Below, piece after piece: positions 37,444-49,531 of a DNA stretch of 64,000 bases; positions within the stretch are counted from its first letter, which is position 1, and each line of letters opens with the position of its first letter. This stretch comes from Vermamoeba vermiformis. Its lineage: Eukaryota. The translations under genes were made by a program, and so were the position numbers. The notes beneath the pieces were generated by a model. It saw only the letters and a list, made by a program, of their open reading frames with translations, was not told where the DNA came from and did no database searches. Where the stretch lies: positions 496,001-560,000 of the forward strand of contig JBEWZL010000260.1 in NCBI GenBank assembly GCA_045837725.1, given 5' to 3'.

Positions 37444-40400
37444 ATGCCGAGCAGAGTCAAAGGACGAATTTATTCAGCACGGGATCTCCCTGTCATGGAT
37501 TTAAAGAGCAATTTAACGGACGCTTATGTTGAAGTAAGTAATATGGAACAAGAGAATCATTTCCAAAAATCGGCCTATTTTGCAATTAATTTCTGATACG
37601 GCCTAATGGCATACAAGTCAGCCAAACATAATTTTAGAGTATGTAATAATTATGATAATAATCTAATATTGCTTTTCAGATCAAATACGCGGATCTGTTC
37701 TCTGAGAAGACAGAGATTGTTTATAAGACGTTAAATCCTGTGTGGAATAAGGATTTTAGAATAGAGATCCCTGACGATGCATTTTTGAAGAAATATCCGC
37801 TCGAATTTAAGTACGTATTTGGATCTCGCACCTTTATTCATTCTAACGCGATTGTAGAGTATACGACTACGATAGAGTATCGTCGAATGATATTATAGGA
37901 ATTGTTCTTATTGACCTATCGAATTTGCTCAATAACGACACGCAATACGAGGTGTCAGGCTGGTTTCCAATCTACGACACCATTCGCGGGGTGCGCGGAG
38001 AATTAAATTTGAGCATTAAACTCGAGTACTTTGGCAACAACAATCCTGCAGACTTGCAAAGCCATGTGGAGTTCTTTTCATGTACGTGCTGCACAATAAT
38101 TTATGTACTTAAGATGCAGCACTAACAATTCATTCAGCACGCACGTTATTTGCCAATATGCGATTGAAAGACATACACGGCTTTGTCGAGGAGTTGATTG
38201 TGGACGATGATCCCGAGTACCACTGGAAGGACAACTTCAGAACATCGCGCAGCTCGAATGAAGCACGGCAGTACTTGCTATACAAACTATCTGGGTATGT
38301 GACATACTAGTGCTGTTAGACAACGGCTAATAATTCCGCAGCAAATTACGACTGAAAATCGGCAACAAAGTGGCGGAGATGGGAGGCAATGCAGTGCTGG
38401 GCTATCAAACCTTCTTTGATTTCGAAGACAACGGCAATATTGTAGCACGTGCTATCGGCACAGCATGCACATTGAAGCGAGTACGTGATGATCAATGTTT
38501 TATTTTAATCAATACTAACAAGGCACAGGTGGATCGAATCAAATCAAAGCCCCTGGGAGGTCCGGGCAGTGAAGATGAGCCTCGCAAGCGCAGATTTGCA
38601 GCCCTCGCACTACCAGCTGATGTGCAGTGCCTCACATTGCATTATGCACCACCGCCCATCGAGATTCGTGTCGGAGGCTTGGTCTCGGTATGTCACAGAG
38701 TACCTTTCGACTCATAAGCAATTATTGACCACTTTTTCAGGCTCGTTCAGTGAAAGTTGTTCGAGCTTCAGCGAATCGAAATCAAAAAATGGAGCAACAA
38801 CACTGGGATCGATGGTGGTCTGAGATCAGACACGAGATCAGAAATCACGCACGGTCATTGAATTGCCAGTTTGTGATTGGCTACAGCGAGACTGTGACAT
38901 TGAACGAAGACATGGCAATTTTGACAGCGAGTGGCACAGCGGTGAATTTGACCGTCAAATCTAAAAGAGACGCACGACCGACTGATAACAACAACACGAA
39001 TGTCGAGGACAAAGAGGGCACAGATGCGTCCATCAGAGAGAGCACGCGTGATTTAACTGAGAGCTCTGCGACTGTACCAAATCTCAATGCTGGCACCGAG
39101 AAAAAGAGTAAGTATTGAGGGCCATACTATTCTGCAAACTAACTAATGTGTCACCAGGACAAAAGCCCTGTTCATTTTGCCACGTGCCGTACAAGCCCAC
39201 TAGTTCACCCTTCCCCATGCAACTAGTGCCGTGTCGCATGTGTCAAGTCAAATTTGTGCCTGAAATCATGATCGCAACAATCGATCCTCCGCCTGGTGTA
39301 AGTGTTAATAGGATTCAATAACATAGCTGACCGATGCAGATTGCAATTATTGGTCGAGGACAACTCATTGAAGCACGTGTGTGCCGCACAAAAAAGAAGG
39401 TAACGTCTCAGCCAATGCTAATATTAATGCACCGTACTAATGGTGCAGCAGACGAGTGGTGAATCAGGAGCAGAACAGGTGTCAGAAATGATTCCATTTT
39501 TGTTGTACGATCTGCACCGTCAACTTTTCTTGAAGATGCGACTATTGGCACACAACGCGTGCTTCGGCTTCACCTCTCAAATCAAAGTCGCTGAGAATTT
39601 CATTGTCGCCGTGGCACAAGCTACATCTGTGCGGCTGGCTGCTCTGCCCGAGCCCTTACCACTGCAGATATCAAACAACTTGCGTACCACTCAGCTGCCC
39701 AATCAATACGAATTCAACGATGAACTGGCTGACAGTTCCTCGCGTGATGACAGTTCGTTCAGTGAAGGGTCTTCAGGCGAGGATAAAAGCGGGGCAGGAC
39801 TGTCCTCTGGCATCAACACCCCTGCAATTGTGGGCAGTCTCAAGACCTCGTCAGTGATCCCAACTGGCTTGGCTGAGCAGAGCGAGAATGCCATCGAGAA
39901 CTTGCTGGTGAAAATGAGCATTCAAAATGTAAGTGTTAGTTATGCAACGAGTTTATTGGCTGACTGTGCAACAGGCCAAAGATATGGAAAACGAACCAAT
40001 CATTGAGGCACCAGGAATTCACTCGCAATCAACGACCGTCAAAGATCCTGTTCACGAAAGCGAGGTATTGATATGACTACCCACTTGACTATCAACTAAC
40101 TAGCTACATTAGGAAATTGAAACTAACTTGCCTCCTGTTGGGTTCAAAGCTGAGGTCCACGACGAAGATGTCAATGAGGACCAGACTAGGTACGTGTCAG
40201 TGTTAGCGAGGCACTTGTGCTCATGTTTGTTGCAGTGTGAAGCCCAAAGAAGAAGATCACCTGTTGAACAGCAAGTCAGTGGTCGTGGAAATGGACGACA
40301 ACATTGACGAGGAGATGATTGCGGTGCTGCTCGAACCTAATTACGTGGAGAACTTTGCCTTGTGCAACACTGAGGTACGCAATGGTGTCGAAAGTACTGC

Positions 40401-41852
40401 TGTTAACATGCGATTAGTTACTGCCGGGTGTCAGTGTGGAAGCGATATCAAATGTACAATATGTCACGATGATTCGTCAATTCGATTGGTCATATGCACG
40501 CAACTCACCTAATGGTCCCAGTGCAAGTAGCAGCGGACTCAACCTCGCTTTTTCATCGCTATTCCGCACCATGTACAACAACGTCGTGTACAAGCTGCAA
40601 GGTCTGCAGTCGTGTAGCTTGAACAACTTGAAGATTGATCTCAAGGCAGTGAATGACGATGAAATTCAGATACTGTTAACGGCGATGGTTGTTATTGAGT
40701 CGAAAAAGATTTCAAAACAACAACAGGACAAGTTGAAGCTCAAAGACCCCGTGCCTTCCACACTGCTCGACGATGTCACGGCAACACCGAGCAAGAAGGA
40801 AGACAAAAACAAAGACAAGGACAAGAGCCGCAAGGACAAGAAAGATAAAGACAAAGACAAAGACAAAGATAAGCGCCGCAAGGACAAAGAGAAGGACAAA
40901 GACCTAGTCGAGACTAAAGACAAGAAAAAGAGCTCGAGAGACAACATTGGACAGAGCTCAACCTACGTGGAGCGTGACATTTTTGACGACGACGTTACAA
41001 TGCCCGAGCCCAAGCCAGAGCCCTCGCCGCAGAAGAAAAAGAGTGACGAATCACCGCGCAACAAACAAAAGCGCACGAAGAGCAACAGCACACTGGGCTC
41101 TACTGTCAACTCTGAACTGACGGACACTAGTGGCAGTCGGAAGCAATCGCAACCCATCAAAATACCGCCCCTGCCCCCCCGTGATGTAAGTACCTCACAG
41201 TAGGTGTTGCCGAGAGATACTAATAGTGTTGCATATATAAGGAATGGTCGTCAACCTCGTCCTCTACAGTCTCATCAACCTCTTCCTCGCCCAACAACAC
41301 ACCGCGCAACAACATGTTGCAGCAGGCAATGCTATGTATGTAACACAGATGTAGTGATAGATTGCGCTGACTTGCATTCTAGCTGGCAATCTCAGTCCCA
41401 GTCGTGCCTCGCCCTTCAACACAAGCATGTCACAGCTCATATCGCGCGACAAACAACAACGCCCGCCCATTGATTGGGCGCATATTCACGTCACGCCTAT
41501 GTCATTCGTGCCCGGCACTCAAGTGATCAAATATCTTGGTCGCGTCGAGCTGCACTTCATCAAAGAGAGTTTTATCATCCGCGAACAAGGTGGTATGAGC
41601 AGCTTCACGCACAGATTTCTGCTCGAAGTGTGTCAGATTGCCAAGTCACACGTGCACTCACTCGGTGGCAATTGTTTGCTGTCATATCGCATCATGAATG
41701 TGATTATTTCAGAGAAAGAGAGCAAGAACCAAGGCTATTGTCTCGTGGAAGTGAGCGGTGATGTGGTGTTTGTTGCACCTGTGCCGACCTCGCACAAACA
41801 GGTGCTCAAAGGATTTAAAAAGCTCGCTGAGCTCAGCAAATCCACCAAGTGA
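37444..41852 (+). CDS. C2CD5: C2 domain-containing protein 5
   Basis: ARDLPVMD..LTDAYVE C2 domain, VSGWFPIYDTIRGVRGEL, GFVEELIVDDDPEYHWKDNFRT, GGNAVLGY and GGNCLLSY YbjQ-like repeats. Confidence 0.93.
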
Positions 41853-41915
41853 TTGTTGTAAGATAAATGTATAGAGATCCGAGGATTGGATCTACTAAGT
41901 ACTACATTGCCACTG

Positions 41916-44652
41916 TTATTTATTACTGCTCTTCTTATCAAACGGCAGGCCGAGTGCCTTGTAGTAAAAGGCGTACTCGAGCGCACACTCACGCAGTCGT
42001 CCAAATCTGCCGCCCTCACCAAAGTGTCCCGAGCTGTCATCTGTCTTCAACAGCAGCATGTGCTCGTTGGTCTTGTAGTGGCGCAGCTTGGCCACAAATT
42101 TGGCAGGGTGCCAGTAGGGCACACGATTGTCTATGGTAGAGGCGGTGAAGAACATGTGCGGATAGGGCTTGCGCGTGATGTTCTGATAGGGATCGTACTG
42201 CAGTTGTGCATCAAACACCTCGCGCAGCTGTGGATTGCCCCACTCATCGTACTCGTGCACTGTGAGCGGCAGTGACGTGTCGTGCATGGTGGTCAGCACG
42301 TCTAAGAACGGCACGCGCAACACCATGGCCTGCACTGCGCTGCGTAACTGATTGGCCATCCAACCTGTTCACGGACACCTGTCAACTCCTGTCAAGTGCT
42401 GTCACGTAGCACTTACCGAGCACCAGTCCGCCAGCACTCGCACACTGCGCCACAGTCAATGAATCGCGTGTCCAGTGCTGCTCTTGCAAGTGCTGCACCA
42501 CAGCTTGAAAGTCGCGCATCGAGTTCAGTTTGTGCACGCCTCGTCCTGCCGCGTACCATGCACCGCCGAGATCTCCGCCACCACGCACATGTGCCAGAGC
42601 TACAATCCAGCCGCGCGACAAGAGTGGCAGTATTTCATCGCGGTAATACAAGTCCACTGAGTGACCATAAGCGCCGTACACCATCAACAACACGGGATTA
42701 CTGCAAATGGGTCAATCCTTGCCGAATAAGGAAGTTGCACTTACTTGCCATCACGTGCTAGATCACGCCGTCTGATCACTGTGACAGGCACACGCGTCGC
42801 ATCGTGGCTCACTGCAGTGTCGCGCTCAACAATGTATTGACGCGTGTCAAAGTCAGGCTTGCCTAATATGGTCTTCTCGCGCAAACACGTCAACTGCCTC
42901 GTGCGCATGTCATAGTCGTAGGTCTTGTCGGGCACGAGGGGATTTGAAAAGGAGAAGCGCAGCACACGCGTGAAGGTGTCCTGTCAGATTGGTCAATGCT
43001 GCATCTAGCAATACGGAGCACACGCACCATGTTGACACCAGGCGCAATGTCACCAATCGAGTGCGGCAGACCAGCGACGAGGTGATGATATTTCTCGTCA
43101 AACAGCTGGCCGTAGTCATTGTGCGCACTCACCGCTGCCACGTCCAGCACGCGGATCTGCGGCAGTCCCTCGTGTCGCTCGTACAGCACAATGAACTCAT
43201 CGAACACGTCGCAGTCTGCAATCTTCACGTGAGGTCGGTGCGGAATAACGCATTGCCACTGCGAACGATCGGCAATCTTGTCGCAGTCGACGAGCATCAC
43301 TTTGTAGTTGACGGCCCCGCCCTCGTTGGTGATGATCAGAAACTTGCCCTGGTAGAGGTGTCAGCTACAGACATTGCTTAATATGGAAGCCCTTACGCGA
43401 TAGTGTTCGATGTAGTGTTCGATGCCCTCGGTGCGCGGAATAATGACAGGTGCCAGTTGATCACGTGTCTGACTCGGATCACGTGACGTGTTCAAAAGCC
43501 GCACCTCAGACGTGGTCTTGGAGTTGATGTTGATAGTGATGTATTTCTAATGACACGTGTCAGTGTATTGCATGACAGATGTCAAAGTGTCACCTTGTCC
43601 TTGGTGCTGATAATGTCCACAAAGAAGCGATCGTCGAGCTCTTCGCACACGAGCTGATCAGTGCTGCTGTCAGTGCCGATCACGTGACACATGACGCGAT
43701 AAGTGCGCTTCAAATGATCGGGCACGGTGTAGTACAGCCACTGCCCAGTCTCGTTCCACTCCATATTCATCACATTGCGCACCTCTTCGCGCACAACACC
43801 AGTGTGGAGGTCTTTGATGTAGAGGTGGTACGTCTCGCTGCCTGTCTTGTCCATCGTGAAGGCCAGGTAGCGGTGATCACGCGACAGTTTCATCGCGTCA
43901 ATGCCAATGTACTCGCCTGGTGCTACGAGTGCGTTCTGATCGAGCACTATCTGCGAGTGCGTCAGTAGTGCACAAGCACCGCGATCAGCAGTCAGATCTG
44001 CGTACCTGTTCAGGGGCTGCGAGAGACTTGTGCTTGCGACAGAAGATGGGAAAGTTCTCGTCGCCAGTGTAGCGTCTGTAATAGTAATACTCGCCGAACA
44101 GCTCGGGCACAGTGCTCTCATCCTCTTGCAGTCTGCTCTTCATCTCGTAGTACAGCTCTTGTTGGAGCTGCAACGTGTCGCGCATCGTCTTGTCGACGTA
44201 GCTGTTCTCCTCGCTCAAATACTGCGAGGTCTGCAGCACTCGTGTGAGTACCAACACTGTGATATATATTCAGCCTCTTACGTGTTTGTCCATGGTGCGC
44301 AGCCATTCAAACTCGTCTGCAAATGTCTTGTCGTGCCACACATGGGTCGATGATTTCTTGCGCGGCACTGGTGGTGCTAATTTGGTGGTGCTATTGCGAG
44401 TCCAGGGCCATTTCCGCGCTGTGGCGAAGGATCTGTCCGAAGAGACACGTTGACCTGTTTTGGTCTCATAAAATTTGTTAGATTTTTACATATTTTTTCA
44501 ACACAACACACATGATGTACTATATATAGCAAGGTGTGTTGATTTAATTTGAATTTTTGACATTAATTTTCTCGCGGTTAAGTGCAGCTTACCAACGAAC
44601 GCTGTAATATCCTCCGCAAACTGTTACTAATGACTGTCTTATATGCGAACAT
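41916..44652 (-). CDS. Oligopeptidase B-like S9A serine peptidase, probably mitochondrial
   Basis: YLSEENSY, YGAYG, AHVRGGG, xSAGG nucleophile, VPFLDV, EYDEWGNP, DNRVP, GH. The spliced N-terminus MFAYKTVISNSLRRILQRSL resembles a presequence. Confidence 0.92.
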
Positions 44653-44752
44653 TACGTGCGTATACTCGTAATATTAATTAGCATGAACTGTGCATGTCAA
44701 AAGATGAGTTGAATTAACTATTTTCTTTCACCTACCTTTTTGACGCAACAAC

Positions 44753-45755
44753 ATGATTCGCATCAAATTAATATTCGATGATAATATCCTCATAGCCGAG
44801 GAATACAGGAAAATATGGTTTCTAATTCCAGACACGGTACACTATGTCTCAGATCTGGTGTATTTAATTAAGACAAAATTTTCACTCAAAAACACAAGTT
44901 CCAAAGGACTCTATTTAGTATTGGATGAATTTACACTGCCATTTACCCAGAATATTCAACTGATCCGCGAAAATGATGTAATAATGTAAGTAATTTATTT
45001 CTGTAATTGGCTCTGATATTTATTTGTCCTGCAGTGTGAAGAACAAAACACCCAAACAGAAGATTCGAGCGAATGTCGAGGCACCGAGCTCATCGTGTAG
45101 TGCGAGTGATGACAGCAGTGCGAGTGAGAGCGCAGAGAGTGTGCAGCACCACGCCACTCACCACGCCCCCACTGCCACTGCACACGCCACTCAGGCCACT
45201 GCGCGCACCAATCACACACGTGCCAGCAGCGTGTCAGCGGAGAGCAGTGACAGCGATGACAGCGAGCACGTGATCAACACACCGAATCAATCACGTGCTA
45301 TCGCTGACACCAACAAGAAACAATCGCAAAGACTAGAGAGTGCCAGTCACGTGCCACCAGTGCCACCACAACGGCGTGGCGAGTCATTGGGCCGTGGTTA
45401 TCGTGCCCCGCAGTGGCCCTGGCTGCCATTCACACTCGCCTCTCACACTGACACCTGTCACTCGTCACAAGCCACCGCACCCTCATCCGTGTCACTCAAT
45501 GCACTGCAGGTAAGTGTTTGACACGTGTCACATGTCACTCACCTGTCACAGCGCGAAGACGTGATTGCCTTCAGAACAATGGAACTCGAGGGCTGGCAGC
45601 CAGTGCTGTCACCTGTCAAACAAGCAACTGTGCGTGCAGTGACACCGCACTCGCTCACAGTACGTCTGTTGACAGGTGTCACAGCTGAGGCAGAAGAAGT
45701 GACACTTGCAGCTGCGGATCTGATCGACTTGACGGTGGTGAATAAACACAGCTGA
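44753..45755 (+). CDS. COIL: Coilin-like protein
   Basis: N-terminal IRIKLIFD...VSDLVYLIKTKF..LYLVLDEFTLP..QLIRENDVI; C-terminal Tudor-like DVIAFRTMEL.GWQPVLS. Confidence 0.75.
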
Positions 45756-45773
45756 ACACTAGCGCTGTGTGTC

Positions 45774-45846
45774 CTAGTCTTGCGATGTATATATATAGAG
45801 CGGCACTAGTCTTGCGATGTATATATATATAGAGTGGCACTAGTCT
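45774..45846. repeat. Tandem duplication (about 32-34 bp unit) between convergent stop codons
   Basis: CTAGTCTTGCGATG(TA)nGAG(C/T)GGCA occurs twice, followed by a partial third unit. Confidence 0.9.
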
Positions 45847-45897
45847 CGAGTATTCACAAGTGTTTAATTACAGTACTGCGCTATATATTACAACTAT

Positions 45898-46815
45898 TTA
45901 CATGGCTTCGAATTTGCGCTTGCCCAGCAGACCACTCGTCCTGTCCATGTCGCACATCGCAGCACACTGTTGCGCGCTCAGGGACCACACTGCGCGGCAC
46001 TCAGCGACATCGGCCTCCAGACCTTGACTCGGCACCAGCCCTGCCACGTGCACTGAGAACAGCGCGATGTTTGCTTGGGCCAGATCTGCTGCTCGGTGAG
46101 TAAATGCAACGCGTGCTATATGCTGCACCACTTACTGCGATTGTACTCGGTGAGGTCCACAATCAGGCGGTGCATTGACGCGGGATCCAGTGTGCGCGGT
46201 GTGCAATGCGGCAACACGGCACGGAGAGCAGCCAATACTGCTGGCGTGTTGAGACAGCGGCGCATTTTAGTCTTGAGTTCGTTGTGCAATTTGGTGCCGA
46301 GTCGTTCAATCAAATAGACGCGCTCTAAATATTGAAAGATGAGCGGCAAGATCCGCATCGATTCTTGATAGGCGAGAAATCCTCTGCTGAATGCCACAAA
46401 CCAATCGACAGGAGGGCACTGTGCATCTGCGAGGTGTATTAATGAGTCGCGGAAATTGTCGAGTACGCTGTTGATTGTGTTCTCTAGGTTAATCCAAAGC
46501 TCTTTTTGGTGGGCTTGGCAGACCTTGTAGATCAGCCTAGAGGGCGATTAGATCGAGGTCAAAAACAACAAGGCGTGCAATTACCGATAACATTCTTCAT
46601 GCGACAGCTTCTGTGGTTGTGGATCTGTCAAAACTTGCAATACGAGGTCCCTTATTTGGGGCCAGAACTTGTTGGCGAATCTGAAATGGAATTAAATTCC
46701 AATAATATATATTTATAATTAGCGGCACTTACTCTTCCCTCGAAATAACATTATTGAAAGAGGATGGAATCCTACAAACAAAATTATCGCCCTTTAGCAA
46801 TTCCACAGAGGCCAT
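45898..46815 (-). CDS. CACUL1: CDK2-associated cullin-domain protein-like (N-terminal cullin repeat only)
   Basis: ISREEFANKFWPQI...LSHEECYRLIYKVC, ILPLIFQYLERVYLIERL; no cullin-homology or neddylation domain. Confidence 0.75.
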
Positions 46816-46987
46816 TTTAATGGATAAATGTCGATAAAAAATGGTATGTGTTGCCGATAGCTTGCTGTGTTTGCTGTCGGTGGTCTGTTCTTAGAATTGA
46901 AAACAAAATCAACAACGGTCAAAAAGAGAGGCGGAGAATTCTCGAAGAACGAATGAAGTTCAAATGTGATGGATTATGTACAAGTGT

Positions 46988-48504
46988 TTATTTGTTATGA
47001 AGTGTGTCTAGAGAGTTCAAATATGTTACAAGCTCTTGCACAGGCACATCTCGTTGCTGCGCGTTGGTCAGATCTTTGACGGAGACCACACCGCGAGCGA
47101 GTTCATCTGGACCGACAAATACTGCCACACTAGCGCCGCGTTTGACTGCGTAGCGAAGTTGCTTGGAGACATCACCGCGCCAGTCCCAAGCGACATCCAC
47201 ACTCACACCTTGTGCGCGCAGCTGTGCGGTCAACTGCGCAGCGAGCACGACATCAGCACCCGGCACTTGAATGAGAGCCACACTGCGCGGGGGTGGTGGC
47301 AGAGGGGCTTGCAACAGCAGCGCCAATCTCTCCACACCTGCAGCCCAGCCCACAGCAGGCAGTGGTGCGTGATGCCCCAACTGTTGTGCCAGTCCATCGT
47401 AGCGCCCCCCAGCCAGCACGGTCAATGCGCTGCTGTCTGTCAGCCACTTGACTTCAAAGCACAGCTCAGAGTAGTAGTCCAAGCCACGCACGAGCCGTGT
47501 GTTCAGTGTGTAGTCGTGTCCGAGGGCAGTCAGGCCCTGGTTGATGTGTTCCATGCGCGCACGTGACTGCGGGGTGAGGGAGTGGATCAGCTCTGGAGCA
47601 CCGCGCACTATCTCTTGATCGCGCTCATCCTGCACAAGATCAGTACATCGATACACTACGGCTATAGCTAGCTGCACTAGTCAACGCACCTTCGAGTCCA
47701 AGATGCGCAGCACTGAACCTCGGGCCAGTCGTGTTTGACTGAGCGGCGACAGATCTGAGGCTCGAGCAGTGAGATACGCGCTCAATATCTCTTTGTACGC
47801 GAGGCGTGATTCAGTGTCACCGAGCGAGTTAATCTCCAGTCTGTAGTGTGTCTTGTTCAGTCCTAAGCGCGCCAAGAACTGCAGGGCCAGATCCACACTC
47901 TCAATATCACTCCACGGGTCACTAGAGCCGATGTATTCGATGCCCACTTGATGAAACTGTCTCAATCGACCGTGTTGTGGTCGTTCATGGCGGAACATTG
48001 GTCCTTCGTAATAGAGCTTGGCGACATTGAGTTGATTGGCGAGCAGATCTGCTTGATGTCCAATCACAGCTCTAACGATACTCGCCGTATTCTCAGGACG
48101 TAAAGTGATCATGGGGGTATCTTTATCGTGCTCGCTGCTCACTTGATACATCTCTTTGAATACGACATCGCTCGTGTCACCGAGGCCTCGTTTGAACAGA
48201 TCTGCGTGCTCCAACACTGGCGTTACTATCTACATATGACTAGTATCAGTAATGGGGGGTTATTATTATGTTATCACGGTTACAATACCTCTTGAAAACC
48301 AAACTTGATGGCAGTGTCTCTGAAGCACCGTGAAATGTGCTTGTGTCGCGCTAATTGTTCGCCATATAAATCGTGTGTGCCGCGCACTGTGTTTTGAATG
48401 CGATCTGATTTGCGATCTGCTTTCGACGACAAGCTGCGCGAAATTTGCATGCCAGCCCGAACTACGCGTGTTGGCAATTTGATCGAGCGCAAATGACCAT
48501 ACAT
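46988..48504 (-). CDS. Histidyl-tRNA synthetase, bacterial-type, probably mitochondrial
   Basis: VRGTHD, KEMY, LRPENTA, FRHERPQHGRLRQFHQVGIE, LVRGLDYY, GGRYDGL, GVERL. Confidence 0.95.
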
Positions 48505-48658
48505 TGAGCACTATAGAGCCGTGGTCGTGGTGCTGATGTGTTGGTAAAATGAAGTCAGATCTATCAGGGCTTCAAGCAGGGCTCGCTTAACCACCAAAAA
48601 TCTTTATGAGGCCCGATACATTATTTTTACTACACACTAACATAACGATACATTCACC

Positions 48659-49441
48659 ATGGCAACTAAATTCGGCGCAAACCCCAAGTGTCCCAGATGC
48701 AGCAAGGCAGTCTATCACGCCGAGAAGGTGTTGGGTGCTGGCAAAGAGTGGCACCGCAGCTGCTTGACTTGCATGGACTGCAACAAGGTACTGCTAATTC
48801 CGTGCATATGCGCACTTGATATAATTATTTGAAGCGATATCTTTATTGACGGTGCATTGTATATTCACAGCGCTTAGACAGCACGACACTGACCGAGCAC
48901 GGCGAGAAGATTTACTGCAAGGCCTGTTATGCGCGCAACTACGGTCCTAAGGTAGGGTGTAACGGAGATATCGCTCGTCGAATGGATCGATTGCTTGCAC
49001 GGCACCGTGTCTATTGGTCAATATATACAGCTTAAATTAACGTGTTATTTACTTGTAGGGTTACGGATTCGCTGGTGGTTCTGCAATGTGAGTATCTTCG
49101 CACGACTATTGAAATTGACTGCTGATACTAAAAAGTTAATTTACTATAGGATGCACACTGGTGGAGGGTAAGTTTAAGAGTGCACTAATCAAGATAAAAT
49201 TCAGTTTCGATAAGTACGCAAATGCAACGGATCTGACTGACACTTTGACAGTTTCTTTCAACCCGAACCCAAGCCTGATATGCCTACTAAGACCAATGGT
49301 ATGTAGTAGTAGTGGTTACCAACGCGTATACAACAGTCATGGCTCATTTATCTCGCAGCTACTTCGTGCCCCAAGTGCGCCAAGGCAACGGATCCCGGTG
49401 CTCGCTTCTGCGCCGGCTGCGGTCATCAGTTGTTGAACTAA
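48659..49441 (+). CDS. CRIP/CRP-type single LIM protein with C-terminal zinc ribbon
   Basis: PKCPRCSKAVYHAEK..WHRSCLTCMDC..IYCKACYARNYGPKGYGFAGG; final exon CPKC..ARFCAGCG. Confidence 0.88.
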
Positions 49442-49531
49442 ATCGGTCGATGAATAGAGCTCTATTCAGTGTTACAATAATAAATGATGTTTGTGTAACC
49501 GCTGTGGTTTAATTATTTACAAGATCCGGAT

